Shown: positions 1-10,260 of the stretch, one piece after another
How positions within the stretch are numbered: the stretch's first letter is position 1
Layout: every line of letters begins with the position of its first letter
Source: Candidatus Sulfobium sp.
Lineage (GTDB): Bacteria > Nitrospirota > Thermodesulfovibrionia > Thermodesulfovibrionales > UBA6898
NCBI GenBank assembly: GCA_037380845.1
Contig: JARRRI010000034.1
Location: 1-15,826 of the forward strand
Length of the DNA stretch: 15,826 nt
Reading direction: 5' to 3'
The notes under the pieces: generated by a model
The model's database searches: none
The model's input: the letters and a program-made list of their open reading frames with translations, nothing else
What the model was told of the DNA's origin: nothing
Made by a program: the position numbers and the translations under genes

Positions 1-33
1 ACAAAAGACCGCCTGTACAGGGAAAATTACTCG

Positions 34-1263
34 ATGAAAAAACTGCCCTGCATTGCCGCCGTTCTTTTCTTCTTCCTGACCGCTTTTCCCTTGTTTGCCA
101 GGGCCGGTCTGCCCCTTCAGCCTGAAAGTCTCATTAACGAGGAGCTCAAACAGATCCGCCCGCCCCTGCAGACCCCGGACGTGAAGAGCATGCCGGGTGT
201 CATGTCCTATAATGACAGCAGGACGGCAACGCGTGCAGTGGAACGGAACCTGGGTCTTTTTACCACGAAGATCAGGGACAGGTTTTCCGTGTGGCTGAGC
301 AGGTCTGGGGAATATCTGGACGTCATGACGGACATACTGAAGAAGAAGGATGTGCCGGAGGACATGGTTTTCCTTTCCCTCATCGAAAGCGGCTTCAACC
401 CTCACGCGTATTCGATGGCCCATGCTGCGGGTCCGTGGCAGTTTATCGCTTCCACGGCAAGGAGATATGGTCTTGAAATCAACTGGTGGAAGGACGAGAG
501 GCGCGACCCCGTCAAGTCCACCGAGGCGGCGGCCGACTACCTGAAGGACCTCTATTCGATGTTCGGGTCATGGAACCTGGCGATGGCCGCTTACAACGCC
601 GGAGAGGGCAAGATACTCAGGGCCATGAAGAGAGGAAAAGTGGACGACTACTGGGACCTCCGCAATACGAGACATATCAGGACTGAAACGAAGAATTACG
701 TCCCCAAATTCATTGCGGCCAGAATCATTGCGAGCAACCCTGAGGATTACGGCTTTCGGAATGTCGACTATAAGGAACCGCTCCGCTATGACAAGGTCGA
801 ACTGGACTCGCCGGTTGACCTGTCGGTGGCTGCGGAATGCGCGGGCACTACGCTCGAAGAGATAAGGAGGCTCAATCCGGAGTTGAGGAGGTGGTGTACG
901 CCTCCGGACGCGTCGCACTACGTTCTTCGGATCCCTGAAGGCACAAGAGAGGCTTTCCTGAAGAAACTTTCCTCTCTGCCGGAGATGGAAAGGTTCACCA
1001 TGGAAAGATACAGGGTGAGAAGGGGTGATTCACTCTGGAGGATTTCGAGGAGGTTCGGTGTCCCTCTGCATGTCATACTGTCCCTGAATTCAATGAAAAA
1101 ATTCATGACCCTCAGACAGGGAAGCACCATCTATCTGCCCCCGAAGGGTTTCTCGGACAAGGATGACGGCGACAGGGGTGTGATAAAGCGCGCCTCTTAC
1201 AGGGTGAAAAAGAAAAGATCGCTGCTGAAGAAAAAGAAGACAGCACACGGGAAAAAGATCTGA
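34..1263 (+). CDS. mltD: MltD-like lytic murein transglycosylase (SLT domain + LysM), secreted
   Basis: Signal peptide MKKLPCIAAVLFFFLTAFPLFARA; SLT motifs IESGFNPHAYS..AAGPWQFIASTARRYGL, AAYNAGEG and ETKNYVPKF; LysM YRVRRGDSLWRISRRFGV..LSLNS plus a degenerate LysM (LEEIRRLNP); Lys-rich tail. Confidence 0.9.
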   Translation: MKKLPCIAAVLFFFLTAFPLFARAGLPLQPESLINEELKQIRPPLQTPDVKSMPGVMSYNDSRTATRAVERNLGLFTTKIRDRFSVWLSRSGEYLDVMTDILKKKDVPEDMVFLSLIESGFNPHAYSMAHAAGPWQFIASTARRYGLEINWWKDERRDPVKSTEAAADYLKDLYSMFGSWNLAMAAYNAGEGKILRAMKRGKVDDYWDLRNTRHIRTETKNYVPKFIAARIIASNPEDYGFRNVDYKEPLRYDKVELDSPVDLSVAAECAGTTLEEIRRLNPELRRWCTPPDASHYVLRIPEGTREAFLKKLSSLPEMERFTMERYRVRRGDSLWRISRRFGVPLHVILSLNSMKKFMTLRQGSTIYLPPKGFSDKDDGDRGVIKRASYRVKKKRSLLKKKKTAHGKKI

Positions 1264-1459
1264 TTTATCCTGCAGAAGCCCGGCCACAAAGAGTTCAAAA
1301 CTCACAAAAAAACCATAATTTCTATCGCGGGAAAATGAGGAGGCAATTAATACCTCAAGGCCGTCGCGGCCCTGATCGCATCCACCGCGTCTGAGGCGGG
1401 TAAACCGGACCCGCCGGGGGTTTGGCTTGTCCCGGAATCAGGGAATCCATGAGGAGCCG

Positions 1460-1486
1460 GATGCTCCTGTCAAGTCAGAGCATGAC
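1460..1486. repeat. Degenerate REP-like palindrome in the convergent mltD/TPR spacer
   Basis: GATGCTC-ctgtcaagtca-GAGCATGAC, in which ATGCTC 1461-1466 pairs with GAGCAT 1478-1483; the - strand reads GTCATGCTC..GAGCATC; a partial partner arm GGCTTGTCCCGGAATC lies at about 1424-1439. Only one copy is visible here. Confidence 0.35.
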
Positions 1487-1533
1487 ATGTCTAATCCATG
1501 CAGTTGCCGGCGTGATGCTTCCTCGGCATAGAC

Positions 1534-2274
1534 TTATTTTTGCTCCTTCTTTGCTTTAGGTTTTGCCTCAGGTTTCGCCTCCGGCTGTGCCTTCTCTCCC
1601 AGTTTGGCCCTGGCTTCTTCGTAGAAAGGCGAGCTCTTGAACTCATCCGTTATTTCCTTGTACTTGGCCATGGCCTCCTTTTTCTTGCCTTCGCTTTCGA
1701 GTATCCGGCCGGACTCCATAAGGGCGTAATCCCTGAAGATACCGCCCGGGGTGTTGTATAGCCTGTCGAGGGTCTTCAGTGCCTCCTCCTTTTTGCCGTT
1801 CCTGAGCTGGATGTCCGCCATCTCCTTGTAGGCAAGAGGCAGGAGATCCCTGTTATCGGAATATTCCCTGGTGAAGTCGTTGAGGGTTTTCAGCGCCTGA
1901 TCGTCTTTTCCGAGCTGGTAGTATGAATTTGCGATATAAAGCAGTACCCTCGGCGTTTTTTTCTTCTTGTACGCCTGCTGGAAAAGGTCTAATGCTTTCT
2001 GGTACCTTTCCTGACCGGGAAGAGGCTGTTTCGAATATTCACTGTAAAAAACCTCATACCCCTTGTATTCGAGCTGCTTCGCCTTTTCATCGGACCTGTA
2101 TTTATAAATATAGATTCCTCCCGCAACCAGAATAATCACAAGCAAAGCCACCCCGTAAAGCCCTATCTTTTTCTGCTTCTGTTCGAAAATGGTTTTCATG
2201 TCCAGGAGTCTTTCCTGGACGTCCGGTTCTGTATGCGTTTTCTTCTTTGACTTTTTCTTAATTGCCTTGGGCAT
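1534..2274 (-). CDS. Membrane-anchored tetratricopeptide-repeat protein (YfgM-like)
   Basis: Basic N-terminus, single TM segment IGLYGVALLVIILVAGGIYIY, then TPR-like helices (LLYIANSYYQLGKDDQALKTL; ALMESGRILESEGKKKEAMAKY). Start placed at ATG 2274: SD AAGGAGG upstream and TGATG overlap with the PHP stop. Confidence 0.8.
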   Translation of the reverse strand: MPKAIKKKSKKKTHTEPDVQERLLDMKTIFEQKQKKIGLYGVALLVIILVAGGIYIYKYRSDEKAKQLEYKGYEVFYSEYSKQPLPGQERYQKALDLFQQAYKKKKTPRVLLYIANSYYQLGKDDQALKTLNDFTREYSDNRDLLPLAYKEMADIQLRNGKKEEALKTLDRLYNTPGGIFRDYALMESGRILESEGKKKEAMAKYKEITDEFKSSPFYEEARAKLGEKAQPEAKPEAKPKAKKEQK

Positions 2275-2930
2275 CAAGACCTCCTTAGCGCTTTTTCTAT
2301 AATATTTTCGGAATTTTCGAAGATCGAATCGACCCTTCCGGCTTCTACGCCGGCGCCGAGCAGCACCTGTCGCCCCATGTCACGGGTAATCAGGTCCGAA
2401 GGGCCGTGACTGTCCGTGTTCAGACAGAGGGGAACCCCGAACCGCAGGGCCTCCCGTGCGACATATCCGTTGGACAGGGAGTGTCCTTTTCTGGACGTGA
2501 TCTCCAGGGATATGTTCTTTTCCTTTGCGAAGAGAAGGTCTTCGGTGGATATGATGCCGGGATGAGAAATTATGTCTGCCCCGGCCTCTATCGCCGCCCT
2601 GTTAGTCCCCTTTTTTACAGGCTCGACTATTGTTTCACCGTGGACCACGACGATCTTTGCACCGAGACTGCGGGCCTCCTTCACAAGGTCCGGTATCACT
2701 TCCGGAGGAGCATGAGTGATCTCCGCTCCCGGCAGGACGGTAAGGGAGACATAAGCCTTTGCGCTGCTTACGGCCTTTACTATCCTGGGAATTATCAGGT
2801 CGATGTTCGAGGCGTCGATGTGGTCGGTGATCGCGAGGCCCCTGTATCCCATTGCCTCGGCCCTCCTGATCAGCTCAAAAGGGATGAGCTCTCCGTCGCT
2901 GAAGATGCTATGGGTATGTAAATCGATCAT
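2274..2930 (-). CDS. PHP-family metal-dependent phosphoesterase (histidinol-phosphatase-like)
   Basis: PHP motifs DLHTHS..SDG, AITDH, GAEITH, ISHPG and NTDSH. Start moved to ATG 2930 (MIDLHTH) because the ORF-track extension to 3020 overlaps a promoter-like sequence. Confidence 0.88.
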   Translation of the reverse strand: MIDLHTHSIFSDGELIPFELIRRAEAMGYRGLAITDHIDASNIDLIIPRIVKAVSSAKAYVSLTVLPGAEITHAPPEVIPDLVKEARSLGAKIVVVHGETIVEPVKKGTNRAAIEAGADIISHPGIISTEDLLFAKEKNISLEITSRKGHSLSNGYVAREALRFGVPLCLNTDSHGPSDLITRDMGRQVLLGAGVEAGRVDSIFENSENIIEKALRRS

Positions 2931-2936
2931 CCTAAA

Positions 2937-2966
2937 AAGATACAGGAAGGGAGGGAAAAATGTAAA
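2937..2966 (-). promoter_or_regulatory. Putative sigma70 promoter for PHP-TPR (leaderless)
   Basis: On the - strand: TTTACA (2966-2961), N18, TATCTT (2942-2937), 6 nt, then ATG; no convincing SD. Confidence 0.5.
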
Positions 2967-3719
2967 GTTTGGCTGAGAAAGACGCACTGAATTTCGCTTC
3001 TCTCCGGGATGCGGGCACAAAAGCGCCGCTTTACAGCATGCCCGCCCTTGCCAGGGTCAAAACCGTCACGTCTTCGGCCCCTGCCTTCCGGAGCTGGAGA
3101 GAGCATTCATTGGCAGTGGCGCCGGTGGTCATGACATCGTCGACCAGGAGCAGGCGCATTCCCCGGAAATCCCCTTCGGCTTTGAAGACTCCCTTGAGGT
3201 TCGTCCTGCGCTTCTTTGCAGAAAGCCCGATCTGCGGGGGCGTATCGGCAGTCTTCACCAATCCGTTGATGATCAGAGGGATTTCGAAAGCGCCTGATAC
3301 CGTTTTTGCCAGCAGCAGAGACTGGTTGAACCCGCGTGCCCTGAGCCCCTTGAAACTTAGGGGCACCGGCAGGACCGCATTTATTCCTTTTAAGTCGAAG
3401 CCCAGCAGGAACTTTCCGAGAGGTCTGTGCAGCCTTCTTATGCCCTGGAATTTATAGAGGTGTATCGCCGCAGCGAGTTCATCCTTATATAGTCCGTAGC
3501 TCATCGCGCGGGAAAAAGCCGGGGGATGACTCATGCAGTCGGAGCACACGCTGCTGTAAGGGGACGAAAAGGGGACCGCACATATCGTACAGGCAGGACC
3601 GGAGTAGTTCCGGATTAAGGACCAGCACTGCGTGCAAAAGGGGGCGTATTGAAGGTTGTCGGTCCGGCTCTGGCACGAAGGGCATTCGGAAGGGAAAAGG
3701 TAGCCTGCAAGGATGCCGA

Positions 3720-5536
<1,817 letters not shown>

Positions 5537-5567
5537 TTAAAATAAAAGTATGATGCGGAATTACCAT

Positions 5568-5716
5568 TAACGGCCGCAAAGATGAATGCGTGATCGGTGC
5601 CTTCCTGCCGCCTTCCCCCGGAGGGCGGCGGCTGCGCTGAAGGCGTCAAGACTCATGTTACCGGACCTTCGCCCAAAACCGCATGATAATGGCGGTGTAT
5701 TCATCATTTGTCGTTA
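5568..5716 (+). ncRNA. Candidate structured RNA (multi-stem fold) in the serA-purA spacer
   Basis: TAACGGC 5568-5574 pairs with GTCGTTA 5710-5716; GATGAATGC 5581-5589 with GTATTCATC 5697-5705; 12-bp hairpin 5605-5631; ACCGC/GCGGT hairpin 5678-5696. Non-Watson-Crick pairs are G.U on the + strand. No family recognised. Confidence 0.3.
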
Positions 5717-5801
5717 CACCTTTTGACCGTTTCCCCGGCGACCGCGCTTTCCTTTCAGGAGTCCGCTTGCGCCGGGCCGGTGCGGCGTTAAGCCCGCACT
5801 A

Positions 5802-7382
5802 TTAAAGACATATATGCTTTACCGAAAGAATATTGGGCAACCCCCTGACCTGTTCCAGTATCTCGGCAGTCGGGGTCGTATCTATACTCACCACCGAAAT
5901 CGCGGTCCCGCCGGCCTTCTCCCTTCCGAAGTGCATCCGGGCGATGTTGATACCGTTTTTCCCCAGGAGGTTTCCGATATTGCCGATCACACCCGGCTTG
6001 TCGTTGTTATACATCAACAGGAGCTCACCCTCAGGCACTATCTCTACCTTGAAGCTATCGATCAGTATAATGCGCGGGTCTTTCTTGCTGAACAGGGTGC
6101 CGGCCACATAACTTTCCCGCGACCCGGCCCTGATCCTCAGCGCGATGACGCTTTGATAGTCCCCTGAATCCTCACTCTTCGTCTCCTTGACCTCTATGCC
6201 GCGCTCCCTGGCGATAAAGGGGGCGTTGACGAAATTGACTGTTTCGAGCAGGATCGGTGTGAGAAACCCCTTGACGGCGGCTATGGTGACCGGCGCGGAG
6301 TTTATCTCGGCCGCGTCCCCGCGGTATTCGATAGTGACTTCGGTGGCGCCCTCCTCCAGTATCTGCGATGAAAAGCCTCCCAGTTTTTCGGCCAGGTTGA
6401 TGTAGGGCTGCAGACGGCGGACCTGGTCGGCCGGAATGGAGGGGAAGTTCACAGCATTCCTGATCGTCCCGTGGACGAGGTAGTCGGCCACCTGCTCGGC
6501 AACCGCCAGTGCAACATTTTCCTGCGCTTCCGTAGTCGATGCCCCGAGGTGAGGCGTGCATATCAGGTTATCGAGTGTCAGAAGCGGGTGGTCAGCGGGC
6601 GGCGGCTCTTTTTCGAATACGTCGATTGCAGCGGCGCCGACCTTGCCTCTTTTAAGGGCTTCGTAAAGGTCTCCCTCGTTTATGATGCCCCCGCGGGCGC
6701 AGTTTATTATTCTTATGCCGTCCTTCATCCTGGCGATGGATTTGGAGTTGATGATACCCTTCGTCTCCGGCGTCAACGGGGTGTGTATGGTGATGAAATC
6801 AGCCTTGGAGAAGAGCTCGTCGAGTGAAACTTTTCTTATGCCGGCCGCGTGTGCGCTTTCCTCACTCAGGAAGGGGTCAAAGGCGATGACGTTCATTTCG
6901 AAGCCCTGCGCCCTCTTTGCCACCTGGCTCCCGATATTGCCGAGACCGAGAACGCCGAGCGTTTTATTGAAAAGCTCCACCCCCATGAATTTCTTCTTTT
7001 CCCACTTCCCTGCCTTCATCGACGCCGTTGCCTCCGGTATAAGCCGCGCGGCGGAAAGGAGCATGGCGAAGGCGTGCTCCGCTGTTGTCACTGTATTGCC
7101 GCCGGGTGTATTCATCACCACGATGCCCTTCTTGGACGCTGCGTTCTTGTCGACGTTGTCGAGGCCCGAGCCGGCCCTGCCGACGACCTTAAGCTTTTCA
7201 GCCGCATCTATTATTTCGGAGGTCACCTTTGTTGCCGACCTTATGATAAGCCCGCTGTATTCCCCTATGCAGGACTTCAGCTCATCGGGGCTCATTCCGG
7301 TCCTGACATCGACTTCCAGTCCGGCATTCTTCAGTATCTCAATACCCTTGGGCGCTATGTTGTCGCTGATCAGAACCTTCAT
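5802..7382 (-). CDS. serA: D-3-phosphoglycerate dehydrogenase (long form with ASB and ACT domains)
   Basis: GRAGSGLDNVD, NTPGGNT, GLGNIG, INCARGG, DVFEKEPP, TPHLGASTTEAQ and C-terminal ACT NDKPGVIGNIGNLLGKNGINIARM; SD GGAGGAGG; ATGA overlap with the upstream gene. Confidence 0.97.
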   Translation of the reverse strand: MKVLISDNIAPKGIEILKNAGLEVDVRTGMSPDELKSCIGEYSGLIIRSATKVTSEIIDAAEKLKVVGRAGSGLDNVDKNAASKKGIVVMNTPGGNTVTTAEHAFAMLLSAARLIPEATASMKAGKWEKKKFMGVELFNKTLGVLGLGNIGSQVAKRAQGFEMNVIAFDPFLSEESAHAAGIRKVSLDELFSKADFITIHTPLTPETKGIINSKSIARMKDGIRIINCARGGIINEGDLYEALKRGKVGAAAIDVFEKEPPPADHPLLTLDNLICTPHLGASTTEAQENVALAVAEQVADYLVHGTIRNAVNFPSIPADQVRRLQPYINLAEKLGGFSSQILEEGATEVTIEYRGDAAEINSAPVTIAAVKGFLTPILLETVNFVNAPFIARERGIEVKETKSEDSGDYQSVIALRIRAGSRESYVAGTLFSKKDPRIILIDSFKVEIVPEGELLLMYNNDKPGVIGNIGNLLGKNGINIARMHFGREKAGGTAISVVSIDTTPTAEILEQVRGLPNILSVKHICL

Positions 7383-8530
7383 GCCTCCTCCCGAACCATC
7401 AACAACTCCTGGGCCGCAGCAACACCCGTGCCGAGTTTCAGGGGGTAACCCAGGCCCTTCAGGACCATTTCCACTCCGGCTATAGCGGTTATCACATCGA
7501 ACGCGCCTGCATAGCCGAGGTGGGCGATCCTGAAGATCTTTCCCTTTGCCTGTCCCTGGCCGCCCGCGGCGGTTATGCCGTATTTCACCCGGAGGTTCTT
7601 GTATATCTCCTGCCCGTCAATCCCCGACGGAGCCTTTATCGCGGTGACGGCGCTGCTCGGAGACTCCTTGGAGAACATCTCAAGGCCGAGGGCCTTTACC
7701 GCCTCCCTGGTGGCCTTCGCGAGTTTTTCATGGCGGGCGACGGCATTTTCAAGCCCCTCCGCCTGCAGGATCTTCAGGCTTTCGTTAAGGCCGATTATAA
7801 GCGTCACGGGCGACGTGAAACTCGTCTGGTTTTTTGCCAGAGACTCGCGCTCCTTGCGGAAGTTGAAGTAGAATTTTGGGGAGGTCGATTTTTCGGCGAA
7901 GGCCCATGCCTTTTCGCTGACGCCGACAAAGGCCAGCCCTGGAGGGAGCATGAGGCCTTTCTGTGATCCGCCTATCATGACGTCTATCCCCCATTCGTCC
8001 ATCCTGAGGTCATGAGCGACGAGGGCGGAGATTGCATCCGCCACCAGAATGGTGTTCTCATATTTCCTCACTATATCGGCGAGTGCCTTGATATCGTGAT
8101 AGACCCCGGTAGATGTCTCCGATGCCTGAACGAAAACCCCTTTTATCGACGGGTCGCGCTGAAGGGCGGCTTCGACTTCGGCGGGTTTGACGGCATAGCC
8201 CCACTCAAGTTTTATTTCCTCTACATCGAGGTTATATGACTTGCAAATTTTCGTCCAGCGTTCGCCGAAATTCCCCCCGTTAACCACGAGGGCCTTGTCG
8301 CCGGGGCTGAAGAAGTTGTTTACGGTCCCGACCATTCCGCCCGTGCCGGTGGAGCATATTATGAGGACGTCATTTTTTGTCTGGTACAGCCATTGCAACC
8401 CCTTCTTTGCCGAATCGAGCACCGGCAGAAAATCGGGAGACCTGTGGTGAATGATGGGCATCGCCATCGCCAAAAGGGCCTCCGGAGGGACAGGGGTCGG
8501 ACCAGGGGCCAACAGATATCGCTTTAACAT
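7379..8530 (-). CDS. Class V PLP aminotransferase (alanine-glyoxylate/serine-pyruvate family), probable phosphoserine aminotransferase
   Basis: LLAPGPTPVP, HHRS, SETSTGV, VADAIS, PLP lysine motif GSQKGLMLPPG and FRIAHLG. Start ATG 8530 follows SD GGAGGT. Confidence 0.9.
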   Translation of the reverse strand: MLKRYLLAPGPTPVPPEALLAMAMPIIHHRSPDFLPVLDSAKKGLQWLYQTKNDVLIICSTGTGGMVGTVNNFFSPGDKALVVNGGNFGERWTKICKSYNLDVEEIKLEWGYAVKPAEVEAALQRDPSIKGVFVQASETSTGVYHDIKALADIVRKYENTILVADAISALVAHDLRMDEWGIDVMIGGSQKGLMLPPGLAFVGVSEKAWAFAEKSTSPKFYFNFRKERESLAKNQTSFTSPVTLIIGLNESLKILQAEGLENAVARHEKLAKATREAVKALGLEMFSKESPSSAVTAIKAPSGIDGQEIYKNLRVKYGITAAGGQGQAKGKIFRIAHLGYAGAFDVITAIAGVEMVLKGLGYPLKLGTGVAAAQELLMVREEA

Positions 8531-8566
8531 CAAAACCTCCTTAATGAAATCAGGGATCAAATTCCC

Positions 8567-8597
8567 GGGACCGGTTAAAGTACCGCAAACCGGTCCC
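8567..8597. promoter_or_regulatory. Perfect 10-bp inverted repeat upstream of the aminotransferase-serA operon
   Basis: GGGACCGGTT (8567-8576), 11-nt spacer, AACCGGTCCC (8588-8597). Confidence 0.4.
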
Positions 8598-8669
8598 TAA
8601 CCCTGGAATCCCGAAGCCGGCCGAGCCTTGAAGGCGTGAATTCGGGCCGAATGTCCGTCAGTGACAGAC

Positions 8670-8699
8670 TTTACAACATCTCAACCAGACTATTATAAT
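8670..8699 (+). promoter_or_regulatory. Putative sigma70 promoter for degP (leaderless or very short leader)
   Basis: TTTACA 8670-8675, N18, TATAAT 8694-8699, 8 nt, then ATG 8708; no SD. Confidence 0.65.
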
Positions 8700-8707
8700 G
8701 AATTAGT

Positions 8708-10177
8708 ATGAAAAATAAAACACTTATCGGGGTTGCGATATTACTTATCGGCTTTCTTCTGGGGGGCGTTTCGTTTTATCTTTTGGGGGAATATACGGGC
8801 GGGCAGAGGATTTATATGCCGGTGGCGCCGCCCCGCATCCCCAAAAAGATGCTCGAAACGGGGAGGGCTTTTTCCGATATAGTAAGGTCCGTTTCGCCGG
8901 CGGTAGTGAATATTTCAAGCACTAAGACCGTGCGGAGAGACGTCAACCCCTTTTTTGACGACCCTTTCTTCGATTTCCTTAATCCCTTCAGGGATTTTAA
9001 GACGCCGAGAAAATGGAAGGAGCAGAGCCTGGGCTCAGGGGTCATTGTTTCCAGTGACGGCTTTATCCTGACAAACAACCATGTTGTAGAGCATGCCGAC
9101 GAGGTTGCGGTCACTCTCTCCGACAACCGGTCCTTCAAGGCAAGGATTATCGGTACCGATCCGAAGACCGACGTGGCGGTGATCAAGATAAACGGCAGGG
9201 GCCTTCCCGCCGTCCGCTGGGGAGACTCCGACAAACTTCAGGTCGGGGAATTTGTCCTTGCCATCGGGAGTCCTTACGGGTTGAACAATACTGTCACCAT
9301 GGGAATCATCAGCGCCGTGGGCAGGGCAAATGTCGGCATAGCGGATTATGAGGATTTCATCCAGACGGATGCCGCGATAAACCCCGGCAATTCCGGGGGC
9401 CCCCTCGTAAATATTGAGGGAGAGATGATCGGGATCAATACCGCTATTTTTTCCCGTTCGGGCGGTTATCAGGGAATCGGGTTTGCGGTTCCCAGCAATA
9501 TGGCGCACCTCGTGATGAAGCAGCTTGAGAAGACGGGCAAGGTGACGCGGGGATGGCTCGGGGTCACAATCCAGGAGCTTACCCCGGAACTTTCCGGCAA
9601 GTTCGGGGCCGACAATTCGAGCGGCGCGCTCGTGGGAGACGTGATGAAGGGAAGCCCCGCCGAAAGGGCCGGCATACGAAGGGGAGACATCATCACCGAA
9701 TATGACGGAAGAAAAGTGAAGGATGTGGGAAGTTTGAGGAATATGGTCGCGGAGAGCCCCGTCGGCGCTACGGTGCCGGTCATGGTCATGAGGGGCGGCA
9801 AGGAATACAGACTCAAGGTAAGGATAGCGGAACTCCCCGCGGAGGTTGCCGAGGCAGCGCCGGCAGAAGGCAGAGGCGAGTACTCGGCCAGAGGGCTGCC
9901 GGGCCTGAGTGTGGTCGAACTTACAGGAGAAATAGGCAAACAGCTGGGCCTTGGAAAAGGAGAGAGGGGAGTGGTCGTGGTGAAAGTGGAACCGGGAAGC
10001 AGTTCGGGAGAGGCCGGGCTGCGGAAGGGAGACGTGATACAGGAAATAGACAGGAAGAAAGTGACCGGCCTTGAGAGGTATAACGAGATCGTGTCGGCCC
10101 TGAGTCCGGGTGAAACCGTCCTTCTTTTTATCAATAGGGGGGGAAAGAAGTTCTACGCAGCTTTGAGGGTGTCCTAG
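8708..10177 (+). CDS. degP: DegP/DegQ (HtrA, Do-family) serine protease with two PDZ domains
   Basis: N-terminal hydrophobic anchor; GSGVIVS; catalytic triad LTNNHVV / DVAVIK / TDAAINPGNSGGPL; PDZ1 begins RGWLGVTIQ; PDZ2 contains AGLRKGDVIQEID. Confidence 0.95.
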   Translation: MKNKTLIGVAILLIGFLLGGVSFYLLGEYTGGQRIYMPVAPPRIPKKMLETGRAFSDIVRSVSPAVVNISSTKTVRRDVNPFFDDPFFDFLNPFRDFKTPRKWKEQSLGSGVIVSSDGFILTNNHVVEHADEVAVTLSDNRSFKARIIGTDPKTDVAVIKINGRGLPAVRWGDSDKLQVGEFVLAIGSPYGLNNTVTMGIISAVGRANVGIADYEDFIQTDAAINPGNSGGPLVNIEGEMIGINTAIFSRSGGYQGIGFAVPSNMAHLVMKQLEKTGKVTRGWLGVTIQELTPELSGKFGADNSSGALVGDVMKGSPAERAGIRRGDIITEYDGRKVKDVGSLRNMVAESPVGATVPVMVMRGGKEYRLKVRIAELPAEVAEAAPAEGRGEYSARGLPGLSVVELTGEIGKQLGLGKGERGVVVVKVEPGSSSGEAGLRKGDVIQEIDRKKVTGLERYNEIVSALSPGETVLLFINRGGKKFYAALRVS

Positions 10178-10260
10178 CCGTCTGAAACGGCCGTCTCCTC
10201 CATCTTGTCGGCCGGATTTACCACTCTCTTCAGAGAGGCGTATGAAAGGAGGTGAAAACC

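Noticed and set aside
1545..1595. Imperfect 12-nt tandem repeat encoding AQPEAKPEAKPKAK
   Set aside because: Ordinary low-complexity protein tail, not a CRISPR or contingency repeat.
2931..3020. ORF-track N-terminal extension of the PHP gene
   Set aside because: PHP domains begin just before DLHTH, and the extension coincides with the predicted promoter.
6682..7485. 267-aa + strand ORF and other long antisense ORFs (for example 9469-10134, 13560-14351, 2406-2921)
   Set aside because: They are shadows of well-supported genes on the opposite strand, with no recognisable motifs.
10177..10186. GCCGTCTGAA, identical to the Neisseria DNA uptake sequence
   Set aside because: I noticed only one copy; uptake sequences occur at high density, so this is probably chance within a small hairpin.
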